From NCBI GenBank assembly GCA_012295275.1, contig CM022675.1, positions 13,206,001 through 13,270,000 on the forward strand: a stretch of 64,000 nt of DNA, in the 5' to 3' direction. Numbering within the stretch: position 1 is the stretch's first letter; each line of letters begins with the position of its first letter. The translations under genes were made by a program, and so were the position numbers. Positions 1 through 15,243 of the stretch are shown piece after piece. The stretch comes from Chrysomallon squamiferum. Its lineage: Eukaryota; Animalia; Mollusca. The notes under the pieces were generated by a model. It worked only from the letters and a program-made list of their open reading frames with translations, had not been told where the DNA came from and did no database searches.

Positions 1-145
1 CAATATTAAACATTTTAATATTAAAATATCTCTATATTAAAATATCTCAATATTAAAATATCTCGTTATTAAAATATCTCAATATTAAAAGGTTTCAATA
101 TTAGTATGTTTCAATATTATAAAATTTCAGTATTAAAACTTTTCA
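1..145. repeat. Degenerate tandem repeat, about 16-20 bp unit (CAATATTAAAATATCT)
   Basis: About 8 visible copies. Confidence 0.7.
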
Positions 146-753
146 ATACTGAAAGATTTCAGCATATATCAAATATTTGACATTCTGAAAACAATATTCT
201 TTGTACTTTGAAAGTACAAAACACGTTTTAAATTCTTTCTTGAACAAATAAAACAAAGATGAAACACAAAGCAGCCGCGTAGATTCAGTTGCTGTTGCTG
301 TTGGTGATAGATATATGGTCTCTGATCTGGTATTCGGAGTTTTTTTCTTTTCGTTGTTTCTGTTTCTTTTAGTTGTTTTCGTTTGTTTGTTGTTGTTGGG
401 TTGTTTTTTGTTGTTGTTGTTTTGTTGTTGTTGTTGTTGTTGTTTTTCGTACACTAACGCAGCTACGATTTCCTCGATAATCTTTCCAGGCTGCTCTACC
501 TGTTTGCAACATTCAGACTAGAATTAAATTCTATTTTCTTTTTGTTTTTGCGTAACTTGTTTTTATTCTTTTCTTATCTTCTTCACCTTTTATATATGTA
601 TTTTATTGTAATTTGTATTTTATTATTATTAATATATTTTTTCCCGCAAATGCAAACTGTTGTTGAAATCATGGTAATAATATTTGTACTTGTGTGAACT
701 GAAAAGTAAAACAGAAAGAAAAAAAGAATCATGAACGAAGAAGATTACAAGGA

Positions 754-837
<84 letters not shown>

Positions 838-1970
838 ACGCACACACACACACACATATATATATATATACGTAAATAAAAGACATATTAATGAACAACA
901 ACAGTATCATCGACGTTTGCTTATTAAATCTAAAAGAATAACAAATTAACAACACAAACAAACTCCAGCCTCACTGAACTTCGCATTAATTAAATTTGTC
1001 ACACAAACACTCTCACGTTTCCCAATGTCGGTAAATCTAGATATATCTTTTTCTTTTTTAATAACAATGGCGTTTTGTCAGCTCTCGCTTTCACAGTTTG
1101 ACATTTCCCTTGAGGACACCTGATTGAGGGACTCTGAGAGAATAAATAAAGTCTTCCAAATGAAAAACCTGAAGACATAAGAGCGATATTTTATTATTCT
1201 TTTTAAACGTAAAAAAAAAAGAAAAAGAAAACAAACAAAAAAATCTAATAAATGGAAATGTTAAAGTCTCGACAAAATTAATATTTTTATTATTTATTCT
1301 AATCTTTTTTCTTTTCTTTTTTTCTTTTCTTTTTCTTTTCTTAATACATTGTTCTTTTACAGTATTTCCAGACACTATGTTATTTAATGAAAAACTAAAA
1401 CAGAAAACAAAAAAACAATATATATATATATTTCATAACACGTATTACGGACATTTACTTGTGACACTTTTCTCGTCTTGTTTTTAATAACTGTTGTCGT
1501 TGTTGTTGCTACGTATGTCGTTGTTAGGGCTGCTGGTACTCTTGTTGTTGTTGACATTTTGTTATTTGTTATCATAAATGTTATTATAAATCACTATTGG
1601 GGTTGTTAGTACTTTTATCAGTGTATGGTATGCTATGCTATGTTATGGTATGGTAGTTTATGGTATAGTATGATATGATATGGTATGGTTTGATGCTATA
1701 GTGTGGTATGGAGTGTTATGGTGTGGTAAAGTGTGGTAAGATATAGTAGGGTATGGTGTGGTATGGTGTGGTAAGATATGGTATAATATGGTATGGTATG
1801 GTATGGTATGGTATGTGTGAGACAAAATTAATGGCATCACAGATTTGAAATTATTTTGTCTGGTACAAAATATATTAAATCGTTTAATCTGTTATCGAGT
1901 TATATATGACTTGATGACGTTAGTTGCTATGAAATGGCATTATATGTTTATTTTTGCTTTGGTTTTTGCT

Positions 1971-2004
<34 letters not shown>

Positions 2005-2354
2005 CTTTCATGTTTTGTTTTTGGTTTCGTTGTTGTTGTTGTTGTTGTTGTTGTTGGTTTTGTTAATTGTTATTTGTTAATTTTTTTTTTTTACTTTTTT
2101 CTTAATAAACATCAGCTGAAAATTATTAAGTGTTAGCTAAATGTAACGACACCTGTTACCCTTGATTTCAACCCGCACAGCGTAATTCAAAACACACACA
2201 CAAATATTAAAGAGATACTCGAAACCAGATGTTAGATGCGTTTTCTCAGTTCAATTTTAAACAGCTGAACGAAATTAAATGCAAACTAGAAAGAATGAAT
2301 TGAAACAGGCTCACCGTAATAACAACAGCAGCTATCACGCAAAGTACTTAAAAC

Positions 2355-2393
<39 letters not shown>

Positions 2394-2796
2394 GATAAAA
2401 AAAAAAAAAGAAGAAATATTTCATATGTAGAACTAGAACTTCTCTCGTTGCATGATATTTTGCAATCTTCTTCTTCTTCTTTATTTTTATTTTTTGTTCT
2501 TTTTTTTTTTTTTTCGATTCTTGTGGTAAATTGAAAAAAACACTGGTTTCTGTTCTTGTACTCAGAGACAGGCCAAACTCTCGCTGTTTACCCAGCTCAA
2601 AACGCATCACGTTAATGACTCGGTTTAAGACATAGAACTCGAATCTCATGTTTTCTAATTTAGACTTTTTTTTTTCCTAATTTTTTTTTTTTTTTTTTTT
2701 TTATAAACTAAATTCGTTTCCGACGACGTTTCCAATCTTTTTATCTTCGATTTTCTTCGTTGTTCATGAGTATTCGTGAAGCAGTACGCCAACACG

Positions 2797-3238
2797 CACA
2801 GATATAGAACTTATTTAGATTTAAATACTTACATAAAATTACATCAGTAAACACAAATATAGAACTTATTTAGATTCAAATACTTACATAAAATTGCATT
2901 TATGCACACAAATATAGNTTTAAATTTATTTAGATTTAAATATTTAGATTTAAACATATAATGCATCAGTAAACAAATATAGTCTTATTTAGATTTCAGT
3001 AAACACACAAATATAGTATTTATTTAGATTTAAATATTTACATAAAATTACATCAGTAAACACAAATATAGTATTTATTTAGATTTAAATATTTACATAA
3101 AATTACATCAGTACACACAAATATAGTATTTATTTAGATTTAAATATTTACATAAAATTACGTCAGTAAACACAAATATAATATTTATTTATATTTAAAT
3201 ATTTACATAAAATTACATCAGTAAACACAAATATAATA
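2797..3238. repeat. 55-bp minisatellite, about 8 copies
   Basis: Unit CACAAATATAGTATTTATTTAGATTTAAATATTTACATAAAATTACATCAGTAAA; copies near the N at 2918 are corrupted. Confidence 0.9.
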
Positions 3239-3445
3239 CTTGACTGTTTGTCTTTAAATGTTTATCTATATATATGTAATCATATATATTTATCTATTTG
3301 AATTTATTTGTCTGTCTGTTTCTCTGTCTTCTATCTATTTATCTTTATGTATTCGTATATATTTATCTATCTCCATCTGTCTTTCTATATATCTGTTTAT
3401 CTGTCTATTTGTCTATATGTCTACCAATATGTTCTCTCTCTCTCC

Positions 3446-3531
<86 letters not shown>

Positions 3532-3779
3532 CTATGTCTGTCTATCTCTATATCTATGTTTCAGTGTATCTGTTCACGTTGATGGTTTTATCAGTTTGAA
3601 TGTGATAGTTAAACTACACACGATGATCTGATCACAACACGTGATTTTCTTTTAATACCTGAACTTAAAGGAGAAGATTCATTACTTGTAGAACAGTCTC
3701 ATTATTGATTTTATTGATTTAAGAGAGAAAAAAATGTATTAAATATTGGATGAGTTGAGGCAAAGGATGGAAACATACG

Positions 3780-3832
<53 letters not shown>

Positions 3833-3840
3833 CTCTAAAA

Positions 3841-3944
<104 letters not shown>

Positions 3945-4888
3945 ACCGAAGATTGACGACTATAAATGATATATTTAGCAAATATTCATCATACGTCTGG
4001 AGAAAGGCTGCTACTACTACTATTACTACCACCACTACTACTATTACTACTACTACTACTACTACTATTACTACTACTACTACTACGTCTACTACCACTA
4101 TTATTACTACTACTGCTGCTGTGATTACTACTACTGCTGCTGCTACAACAATCATCGTGACAGTTTGACAGTTAAAAAGACCCCGTTAAGAACTAAAACT
4201 CGTTATATTCGTTCAAACACGTCGTCCGTTATTCCTCATCTCTCACTTGCGTGCTTCGCTAAACTGTCCGTCACTGTCACAGTTTACACACAGTAAACAA
4301 GAGAGAAAAACGTCACTATTCCAGATTAGTGCTCACCGTCCATTTATCATCCCACCTAACTCCCTCTCCGCTAGACGTGTGAGGTCACGCTATACGGAGA
4401 TGGAAACCGTGATTTTTTGAACGACTCACGCACACGGGAGATAATTTTGTTAACAAACCCCATTTATCAGTAACAACGTCATTTATCAGTAATAATGTCA
4501 TCCGCTTAGCGTATTTAGATTAGTCAAAGAAATCTCGGGAGAGCAGTAAAGCAGATTTCTGGGTGAACGTTTCTGTTTTTGAAATATTAATTATGACCTC
4601 GACCTTCTTAATCTCCGTCGTTTACGCTTTATTTTCTTGTCTGTTTGTTTAACGTTTATTTTTTATTTATTTATTTATTTATTTATTTGTCTTTATTTGT
4701 TTCGTGTTGTTTTTGTTTGACTTTTATTATTTCTTATTTGTTTGTTGTTTGTTTTTTTGTTGTTTGTTTTTTTGTTGTTGTTTCCTATTTCATTTTCTCT
4801 TTATTGTTTATTCTTTGCTCTTTACAATTTAAAGTTCACTGCTTACAGTTTTATTTTTATTCCTTTTTATTTGCTCTTTCTTGGTTAG

Positions 4889-5011
<123 letters not shown>

Positions 5012-5175
5012 AACTTGATTTTCAAATATTTTAAAAACTAAAACATAAAAATATAAAAAAAAAAAAAAGACAGTGTTAATAAAATATCGCTGGTTTAAAC
5101 TGTCAGAATGTCAGACTAGTTTTCTCCTGGGACAGTCAGCATGTGAACCAAGACTAAATTATTCAACAGGAAAAA

Positions 5176-5206
<31 letters not shown>

Positions 5207-6988
5207 CCAAGAAAATTGAGATTGAAAAGCGAGAAAATTTGGAATTGAAGGCAATTAACGTCAAGTTAAGCGTAAAATAGTGAGAAGTAAAGTAATGCGT
5301 TAAACAGAGGTCAGCCATTAACTAATTGTCGGTGCGTGTGCGTTTTTGCGTGTAAAGTGTGCCTGTGAATGTATCGCGTGCATGATGATGAATGTGCAGT
5401 TGTCTGTGTGTATATATGTGTGTGTGTGTGTGTGTGTGAAAGTTTTTACCTGTTTAGTACGTTACTTTAAAGATCTCACAAAATATTCTGTTATTACTCT
5501 AAGTACATGCTTATACTCTTCTTCTTCTTGTTTTTCTTCTTTTTTTTTTTCTTCTTCTTCTTATTCTTCATCCGGCGTCTTTTTAACGTCAACGAAATAT
5601 CAATACGAAACAACGACGTTCACGTGAACCGCCACGTCTTTTACGACGGCATTTTGTGCTGTTTATGTTTTTCGCTCTTTTTTTATTTGTTTTAATAAAT
5701 AACTCGTTATGTTCGTCTTGCCTTCGATTTACAAACTGTTCTTTTTAATTTTCATTCTTTTATTAATCGAAGCTGACACTTTCAGCTCGTAATTCGTGTT
5801 TTTAATAACTGTGTTAGTGGCTTGCGTACAATAAACGCTGTCAATGAAATCTTAATTCCTTTCGTGTTTCCGAAATTGATTTCTGAGTGTGGAACGAATA
5901 AGAGAAGAAAGGAAGGAGGAAATAAACGGAGAAATAGAAAGAAATAAAGAAAGTATAGAAATTAAAGAAAGAGAAAAAAAAAAAAAAGAAATACAAAAAA
6001 AAAAAAGAAAAAAAAAGAAATCGAAAAAACAGAATGAAAGAGAAAGAAACAAAGAAAGAAATAAGCGATGGATGAATAAACGGATGAATGAACAAACGAA
6101 AGAAGGACGTGAGGATTGTTGGATGAACAAAGGAACGCATGACTCGAATAAAATTCGGACTAATGAAGGAATGAATGAACGAATGGACGAACGAATGAAT
6201 ACAACAAGAAAAAAGGAATCTCTAAATACTGCAGTATATATAAAATTTATTTAAAGATAACAGTTTTTATATCACGACAAATTAAAAAAAATAATTCTCG
6301 TGAACAATTCCATAAACAGACTCACTGGTCGTCAGCAAGAAATCTTTAAAACAAGACGTCCCATAAACTGGAAAATATACTCCAAACCCTAATATAATAT
6401 AAAACAGTCGATGAACGCGAAATAGCTCAAGGGAAGACAACGAAATTGTTCGTAAGGGCAATATCCAGCTATCCTAAAGAGATGAAAAATAACTATTCCT
6501 GTCTTTCTAATATATTAACATTTTGCCGCAAATCTGATCGGGCGACTCAGTCTGTTGTGGTCAAGGTTTAAGGATTTCATTTTTATTATTTCTTATTTTT
6601 TATTTTTATCTTTTTTAATTATTAAAAATATTTTCTAGGGTTTCAACAGATATCGATACTGGGTGTGTATACGTGTGAGTGTATGTGTGCGAGTGTGCGT
6701 GCGCGTGTGTGTGTGTCTATACGTGAGTGTTTGTTTTTAAATGCTAGTCCTGATGATTGTATTGATTCCATTCAACTCACATTTCCGCACTTGAAGTGTA
6801 AAAGATATTGATATGTTTTTTCTTTCATTTTTAATGAATTAAAGCAGCTTTTGTCTCACTCTCTCTGTCTCTGTCTATCTCTCTCTGTCTCTGTCTGTCT
6901 CTCTCTGTCTCTCTCGGCCTCTCCCTCTCTCTTTCTATTTCTGTTTATCTATCTACCATATATCTGTCTGGATTTTCTTTCGGGGGAG

Positions 6989-7091
<103 letters not shown>

Positions 7092-8172
7092 GTCTGTCTG
7101 TCTCTCTCACTACCTATCTACCTATCTATCTATCTATCTATCTCTCAGCAAAATCGATAAAACGTAAATAATATTTCCTAGATAATATTGCAATGCTGAT
7201 GGGGATAAAATTGTCCAAGTTTGAAAAATCAATGTTCAAAATGACAGGGTAGAACTGATGGAATGTCATTAGGTCTTTCAGTTCATTTATTTTTATATTT
7301 ACTCATTTTTTCTTGTTTTCATCTCTTTTGTAATATTAAAAACAGAAATGATTAGCCGATGAACACAGTGAAATTTCACACATGTAATCAATTTCTGAGG
7401 TTACCATGGAAACCTACTTAACATTTTGTCCTGAAAAAGTATATTGCCGCTTTTGAGATTGCTAAATGTTTCACATGGAAATAATACTCGTTCCTTTTTT
7501 CTTTCTGATTTTTTTTTTTTTTTTTTTTCCACAAATAGTGCCGGTTTTTAGGTCGCTTGGCTTAAATTTCCACACACTACTAGTGCCTGTTATTAAGATC
7601 GGTTGATTTTTCACACTGAAATATTACCCATTTCTTTTTGATGTGAAAATATTACTTCTTAATGTTGTTTTGTTTTGTTTTTTTTTTTTAATGAAAATAT
7701 TACCTATAATTACGATGCTTATTTTACTCACGGAAATATTTCTACTTATAAACTTCTACTATTAGTATTACAGCTATTACTACTACTAGTACTACTACTA
7801 CTTATTATTATTATTGTTCTTGTTGTTATTACCATCATCATAATCATCATCATCATCATCGTCATCGTTATTTTCAAACAAAAACGGTGCCTCTATTAAA
7901 TTCTCTCTTTTTTTATTTTTTTTTTCTTTTTTTAAAATAATAATTATTACTTATTAACAACACTTCATTGTTTTTACGAAATACCTACGTATAAGTACCT
8001 CACTCGATTATCGAAAATGTCACTAATTTCCCCACAGCCTTGGCTTTTTAAATTATTTTTATTATTATTCTCTCTTTCGTTCTTTCTTTCTTTCTTTACC
8101 TTTGTTTCGTTTCGTTTTTTTTGTGTATACATACATAAACACATACATACGTGTCTGTGTATGCATGCATGG

Positions 8173-8205
<33 letters not shown>

Positions 8206-8227
8206 TGTATGTATGTATGTATGTTTG

Positions 8228-8259
<32 letters not shown>

Positions 8260-9489
8260 TGTATGTATGTATGTATGTATGTATGTATGTATGTATGTAT
8301 GTATGTATGTATGTATGTATGTCCCCTATGAGCCAATAACTACTCTCCTGAACTCTACGGCTTTTACAAGCAATCTTTTTTCAATCTCCAAAACCAAAGC
8401 GCATCGATGTTTGATATACAGAGATCACGATAATGACAAAACAGAGCACATTTTCTGTTCAATACTTTCACCAGCTGGTATTCTCTAGATTGCTATTAGA
8501 GAAATTACTTGTAATTTAGCTGTTTGTATCTCGTGCGTTAATGCTGTCGCTGCTCCAGCTTACTGAAAGCATTTGCAGATAATGTAATTTGTTAAATGAA
8601 CGAAAATGAATAAGTGATGACGAGGTTAATGATGATGACGATAATGGTGATGATAATAATCTGTCGTAGTAGTGGTGCTGGTGGTGATGATGGTTTAGAA
8701 GTAGTAATACATACATACATAGACACACACAAATACCTATACAAATATATATATATATATACAAACATATATGTATGTATGTATGTATGTATATACATAT
8801 ATACATACATACACAGATACGTGCACACTACATACACATTAACATATAGACACGCATACATGCACTACACCCTCACACATACACAGACATACACAACATA
8901 CCCACGTCCTTCAAACGGACAAGTTTGGACTGTTTAAACAAGATACGTGTTTACTGCAGTTAAGTGAGATCCAGTTACTCACAGCGGCTCTAGAAAACAG
9001 CACGACACATCACATTTCCTGCGTGGAAGCAACTCGTTTGAAAAACTCCACTAGCGGCGAGCGAGGAGAAGATTTTTGTCATCGAAGCCGAGAAAAACAC
9101 GCCAAAGCCAGGAAACTGAGTCGATCTCTTTATCCCAGCCATCCATCTTCATTTGAATCATCCCGCTTCGTCTTGTACTTTTCTCTGTATCTCGGGGAGG
9201 GGGCAGTTGTTTGCTTTTAGATATTTATTTATTTGTTGTTGTTGTTTCTGTTGTTATTTTTGTTGTTGTTTATCGTTTCTTTTTTCCAGAGGGTGAGAGG
9301 GTGATTTTTAAAATTTTTATTAATAGTGTTAGTACTAACAATAGTGGTAGTAATAGTACTAGTGGAAGCAGTGGTAGAAGAGGTAGTAGTAGTAGCAGTA
9401 GCATTAGTATTAGCAGCAGTAGTAGTAGTAATAGTACTAGCGGAAGTAGTGGTAGTGGCAGTAGAAGTAGTAGTAGCAGTAGCAGCAGC

Positions 9490-9604
9490 AGTAGTATTAG
9501 CAGTAGAAGAGATAGTAGTAGGAGTAGTACTGGCAGCAGTACTAGTTGAAAATGTAGTAGTGGGAGTAATAATAGATGTAGTAGTAGTAGTAGTAGTAGT
9601 TGTA

Positions 9605-9635
<31 letters not shown>

Positions 9636-9733
9636 CAGTAGAAGAGATAGTAGTAGGAGTAGTACTGGCAGCAGTACTAGTTGAAAATGTAGTAGTGGGA
9701 GTAATAATAGATGTAGTAGTAGTAGTAGTAGTT

Positions 9734-9776
<43 letters not shown>

Positions 9777-9870
9777 CAGTAGAAGAGATAGTAGTAGGAG
9801 TAGTACTGGCAGCAGTACTAGTTGAAAATGTAGTAGTGGGAGTAATAATAGATGTAGAAGTAGTTGTTGT
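9490..9870. repeat. Three tandem copies of an approximately 140-bp (AGT)-derived unit
   Basis: GCAGTAGAAGAGATAGTAGTAGGAGTAGTACTGGCAGCAGTACTAGTTGAAAATG recurs at about 9500, 9636 and 9776. Confidence 0.85.
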
Positions 9871-9925
9871 AGTAGTAGTATTTTAGTAAAAATTAATTAC
9901 CGTGTCTTCTGTTTCAGATAGTCTG

Positions 9926-11056
9926 ATGACGTCGACGTCTGCGGAACCCCCCATACAGGGGACCCTGTCCCTGGAAATCCCGGCTGAGCTGTTCAACCTG
10001 ACTCTGTCCTTGGAGAGCAAAGGTTACGAAGAGTTTTACCTCAAAGCTCGGTTTATCACCGGACTCATCTTCTACCCCATCGTCTGCCTCATCGGTCTCA
10101 TCGGTAACATTCTCAGCATAATCGTCATGTGTCAGAAACAGATGACGTCATCAACTAATGTGTACCTTCTCGCCTTGGCAATTTCCGACAGTATTAAAAT
10201 TATCAGCGATTTCTTGTACTTCACCGTCATCCTCCTGTTAGAGATCGACTTCCCCAAGGGCGACAAAGCGTTCGGCTTCCTGTATCCCTACGCGCACTAT
10301 ATTTTCAACACCTCGTTGTGTATATCCGCATGGCTGACGGTTTCCGTTGCGGTGGAGAGATACGTTTACGTGTGCCACCCGATCAAGGTCAAAGGTTACT
10401 GCACTATATCCCGGGCGCGGACTATTTCCATGTCTGTGTTCGTCGTGATGAGTTTTCTCGCAATTCCCTACGCGATGCGGTACACGACGTTCGAAAAGAG
10501 AAACAACATCACCGGCGCTGTGCACTACGCGCTCAAAGTCACGGATCTGTGGCAGAACCAGATGTTTGCCAAGACGTACACGTGGATTCAGAACTTTCTC
10601 CGTTCCATCATTCCTCTGTTTTTACTAATCGTTCTCAACACGTGCATCATGTACGGAATTCGGCGATGTCGATTCGGAAGGTTCAAGAGCAACAGACGAT
10701 ACCGAATTACGATCATGTTAGTGTGCGTCATTCTTGTCTTTCTCGTTTTCATAACCCCGGACGCCATTATGTCGACTTTTTTCGGCTTCGGATATTACGA
10801 AGAGACGTTTCTTCGCAGAGGAATCCGAGAAATCACGGATCTCTTACTGCTTGTTAATTCTGGGACCAATTTTATCATCTACTGTATTTTTAACACCATT
10901 TTCTGGCGTAGTTTTGTGTTTCTTTTCTGTCGGCCATGTTGTAGTGGGCCGGACGAAGATCCGGAAGGTTCCAGAAGATTCTCACTTCCGAGTAGAGCCG
11001 TAGTTATCTCCCTTAGGAAAGAAGGCAGCCGGCGAGATTTATATGCAACGATATGA
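9926..11056 (+). CDS. FMRFamide-receptor-like / sex-peptide-receptor-like class A (rhodopsin) peptide GPCR, 376 aa, single coding exon
   Basis: Seven hydrophobic segments. Motifs: TM1 GLIGN, TM2 YLLALAISD, TM3 AVERYVYVCHP, TM5 IPLFLLIVLN, TM6 FLVFITP, TM7 NSGTNFIIY. The acceptor tctgtttcag ends at 9917, just before ATG 9926, so the ORF-track GTG start at 9902 is intronic. Confidence 0.92.
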   Translation: MTSTSAEPPIQGTLSLEIPAELFNLTLSLESKGYEEFYLKARFITGLIFYPIVCLIGLIGNILSIIVMCQKQMTSSTNVYLLALAISDSIKIISDFLYFTVILLLEIDFPKGDKAFGFLYPYAHYIFNTSLCISAWLTVSVAVERYVYVCHPIKVKGYCTISRARTISMSVFVVMSFLAIPYAMRYTTFEKRNNITGAVHYALKVTDLWQNQMFAKTYTWIQNFLRSIIPLFLLIVLNTCIMYGIRRCRFGRFKSNRRYRITIMLVCVILVFLVFITPDAIMSTFFGFGYYEETFLRRGIREITDLLLLVNSGTNFIIYCIFNTIFWRSFVFLFCRPCCSGPDEDPEGSRRFSLPSRAVVISLRKEGSRRDLYATI

Positions 11057-11106
11057 CGTAATATTTGCATAAATGTGATACAGCGATGATTAAATCTCTG
11101 TTGTGA

Positions 11107-11149
<43 letters not shown>

Positions 11150-11250
11150 TTTATTTTTTTTTTTTTTTATTATCGTTGTACCTGTTATTATTACTCTTAT
11201 TATTATGCCATCATTATAATGATTTTCATTATAATTATCGTTATATTCAC

Positions 11251-11281
<31 letters not shown>

Positions 11282-11686
11282 GCTGATGTTGTTGTTATTA
11301 CCATTACTATCATCATAATATTTCATCATCATCACCACCGTCATTGTCATCGTTATAATCATTATCATTATCATCATCATCAAGTTATTAAAAATTAAAA
11401 TTTGTTTCCCTTTGTTCAGTATGTTAAAAAAAATAACACAAATTTCACTTAATTTAAATTAAATTTTTGTGATCTTATTTTCTGAGGGAAACAGAAAGAA
11501 TGGAATGTATAATTTCATGTTTGCATTTGTACGTGAATTCATTTTCTAATTACGGTCACACACATACACAGAAAAACAAACAAAGAAATGGAAACAAACG
11601 TACTATTTTAACTAAATCAATTAAAAACAGACTTCCATTCAAATTCAGGAGAGTTTGTATTTATTTCTATTTTATTATTATTATTA

Positions 11687-11825
<139 letters not shown>

Positions 11826-12140
11826 TGCTACTACTACTACCACTGCTAATACTACAACAGCTACTGAACCTCCTGCTGCTATTGTTAGAACTATTACTAT
11901 TACGACTACTATTACTACAACAACGACTACTATTACTACAGCAACAACAAGTACTACTACTATTACGAGAAATACGAATACTATTACTACAAATCCTAAA
12001 CTGAAATATTTTTAACTTTATACTTCTTTTGTTTTTAAAATTTTGTTTATTTTGTTTTTGTTAGCAACTGTGCAGTAAATATTAAAAACAGACAAAACGG
12101 TTTTGTTATTTTTTTAAGTCATTTGTTTATTTTGCAAGTA

Positions 12141-12221
<81 letters not shown>

Positions 12222-12822
12222 CCTCCCTCCCTCCCTCCCTCTCTCATTATTATTTACTATATATTTTTCTCTATTGTTTTCATCTTCATTTTTGCTTATT
12301 TTTCTAACAAATTATTCCTCGCTTTTTAATTGTCTTCCTCACTTCTTTCTTTCTTTTTTATTTTATTTTATTAATTTTTTATTTTCATTCTTATACATAT
12401 ATTTTTTTCTTCTTCTTCTTCTTCTCATTCTTCCTCTTTTGTGAATACATTTAATCGAACTATGTGTGTCTTAACTGCTTGTTGGTTTTTCTGTGTCATG
12501 TCAAAGATGATTGTGTTTTTTGTAAAAGTGATGATGCTGACGACGCCTACTCAGACCCTGGAATAACTAAGTGGATATTTCTGAAGGCTGAAACAGCTTG
12601 AGGCTCTTCTTCAAAACTCGAGACGTTGTCACAGCTGATGTGTGCTCTCGGGTTTCAGTTTGAGTGGAAGAGGAGATGTAGTTAATTTGTGTTTTTTTTT
12701 TTTTGTACCCTGTCAGTTATTAATTAATCGTTCATTCATTCATTCAGTCATTCATTCACTTACTTGTTAACTTATTTATGTATTTATTCATTCACTGTTA
12801 TTTTGATACTCTCTTGAGAGAC

Positions 12823-12957
<135 letters not shown>

Positions 12958-13589
12958 TGTGAACGAAACCCAGGGATAAAACGAAAGAATTAAGAAACAA
13001 CACCTAAACTGATTAATAAAACTCTATGTAATAAAATGTAACGGACATTTGTTATCATTCACAATACTGCCAATATGACAAATTGGCCTGTATTCGACCA
13101 TTCCCTATTTCCGTACGTGAACACAACAACACGGCCCAGGTGTTTCATTTACCTGGATCACTTTTCTACATCGACACCTTCAAAAGCTAGCTGATTGATT
13201 CATATTGACAAGCGGTTTAAATGGTTTCAGTAACGACCCATCAAAGTTTGATTAAAACAAATTTTATTACCGCACCTGCAGCGCGGTTTCATTTGACGTA
13301 ATTAAAGTGTGAACGTACGATGTATTTCCGTACCGTACGGTTCTCGTATGTAGGTGACTGGTTTACTGCGTGACGTATTTGTGTCAGCGTGATCTCAGTC
13401 TACTGTCGATTAGTCACCTACATTTTTATTATTAATTATTTCATAGACGTTTTCTCTTTCGATATTGTGCTATCAGGCAAATAAAGTTAATGATGATCAC
13501 ATGATTCTAAAATAATAATGGTGGTGATTACTATCATGTGATTATCATTATTATAGGATGCTGAAGGGAAAAAAATATTTAAATAAGTA

Positions 13590-13634
<45 letters not shown>

Positions 13635-13798
13635 GTATTAAATCTAGTTTTATTTTTTTAAAAGCAATTCTAAAATAAATAAAGTGAAAGGAGTGTATGT
13701 TTTGTGTGCATTCATCTGCATATACGCGTATGTTATATATAGGTGTGTGCGTGCGTCAGTGTCTTTTTAAAACAATAAAGGAAGATCGATTTCAATAG

Positions 13799-13868
<70 letters not shown>

Positions 13869-14536
13869 AAGAGAATATTTGTTTTTATGTAGGATTAAAG
13901 ACAAATGAAATATTTGTTTTTTATGTATATGTCTAAATATTTATTATAAATGATTAAATCCAATACTGTCCTATTTATTTTATTTTTATTTAATGATTCC
14001 AGAGAAGATTAAAGTAACTGCTTCTGACAAAAAGAAACAAGAAACACTCTATTTCGCGTGATTATTTTCATTTTTAAAACCTTTGTATCTAAAAGAAGAA
14101 AAAGAAAGACAGAAAAAAACCTCTCCGAAAACACAAGAAAGTCTGAGATCGCGTTTCCAAAATAATAGTTTTAAATTTAAATTTATTTAATTCTGGCACG
14201 TAAGTATAACGCGGAAGTTTTGCATTCACTAGTGACGTCAGAAGAGCGAAAATAGCCGGAGAATTACAAGTTAGAGCAGAAACGCAATTTGATTGGCTAA
14301 GAGTTGTGCTGTTTTTCTCCGTATTGTTGCGAATCACAGCTGGATGAAACAGATATCTCATATTACTCAAGCTGCTTTTAAAATTAATCTTTAAAAATTT
14401 CAAACAGATATCTTAAATGTGTTTTGTAATTGATTGATCAGCATTTTTTGTTTTTGTTTACTCATTTAATGTCTTTTGTTTTCTTTTATTTATTTGTATA
14501 ATCTATTTATTATATTTAATTTATTAATTAATTAAT

Positions 14537-14579
<43 letters not shown>

Positions 14580-14945
14580 GTTATTTAGTTATTTATCTAA
14601 TTACATATCTATTTATTTTATTTTATTTTACTTTATTTTATATCACATTTTATTTTTATTTGTATTTACAAAATTTAAACTCACATGTCAAAATAAAATC
14701 ACAAAACTCCTCAAAATATCAACCCTCAACAACTCCTCCTGCTTACTACTACCACTACTACTACTACAATTCCTCCTTACTACTACTACTACAACTACTA
14801 CTACTACTATGATTTATTATTATAATTATTATCGATTACTATTGTTGGTTATTGTTGTGTTGTTTATAATATATCTCAGTCTCTATCGGAGCTATTTCAG
14901 TTGTGTTTCGAAGTTAAAGATACAAATAACATTTCCATGTTTTTC

Positions 14946-14977
<32 letters not shown>

Positions 14978-15203
14978 ATGTGTATGTCTGTTTTCTTTAT
15001 TCCTTCTATCGGAAATTCGTCCACAATTCAGAGACCATTTATCAAAAAGAAAAAAATTCTGTAAACCACACATCAATTGTTAGCTCAGATAAATAGAATT
15101 ACTCGAATTTATTTCTTCGTCTCGTCCAAATTTTCGTAGTATTTAATGTAATTTCTTTTTCAGTTCTTTTTTCTGGTTTTCTTTTTCAATGTAATTTTTT
15201 TGT

Positions 15204-15243
<40 letters not shown>

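Noticed and set aside
9902-9925. GTG start given by the ORF track for the GPCR
   Set aside because: It lies in the polypyrimidine tract before the AG at 9916-9917
10238-10857. Alternative-frame and antisense ORFs inside the GPCR
   Set aside because: Shadow ORFs of a GC-richer coding exon
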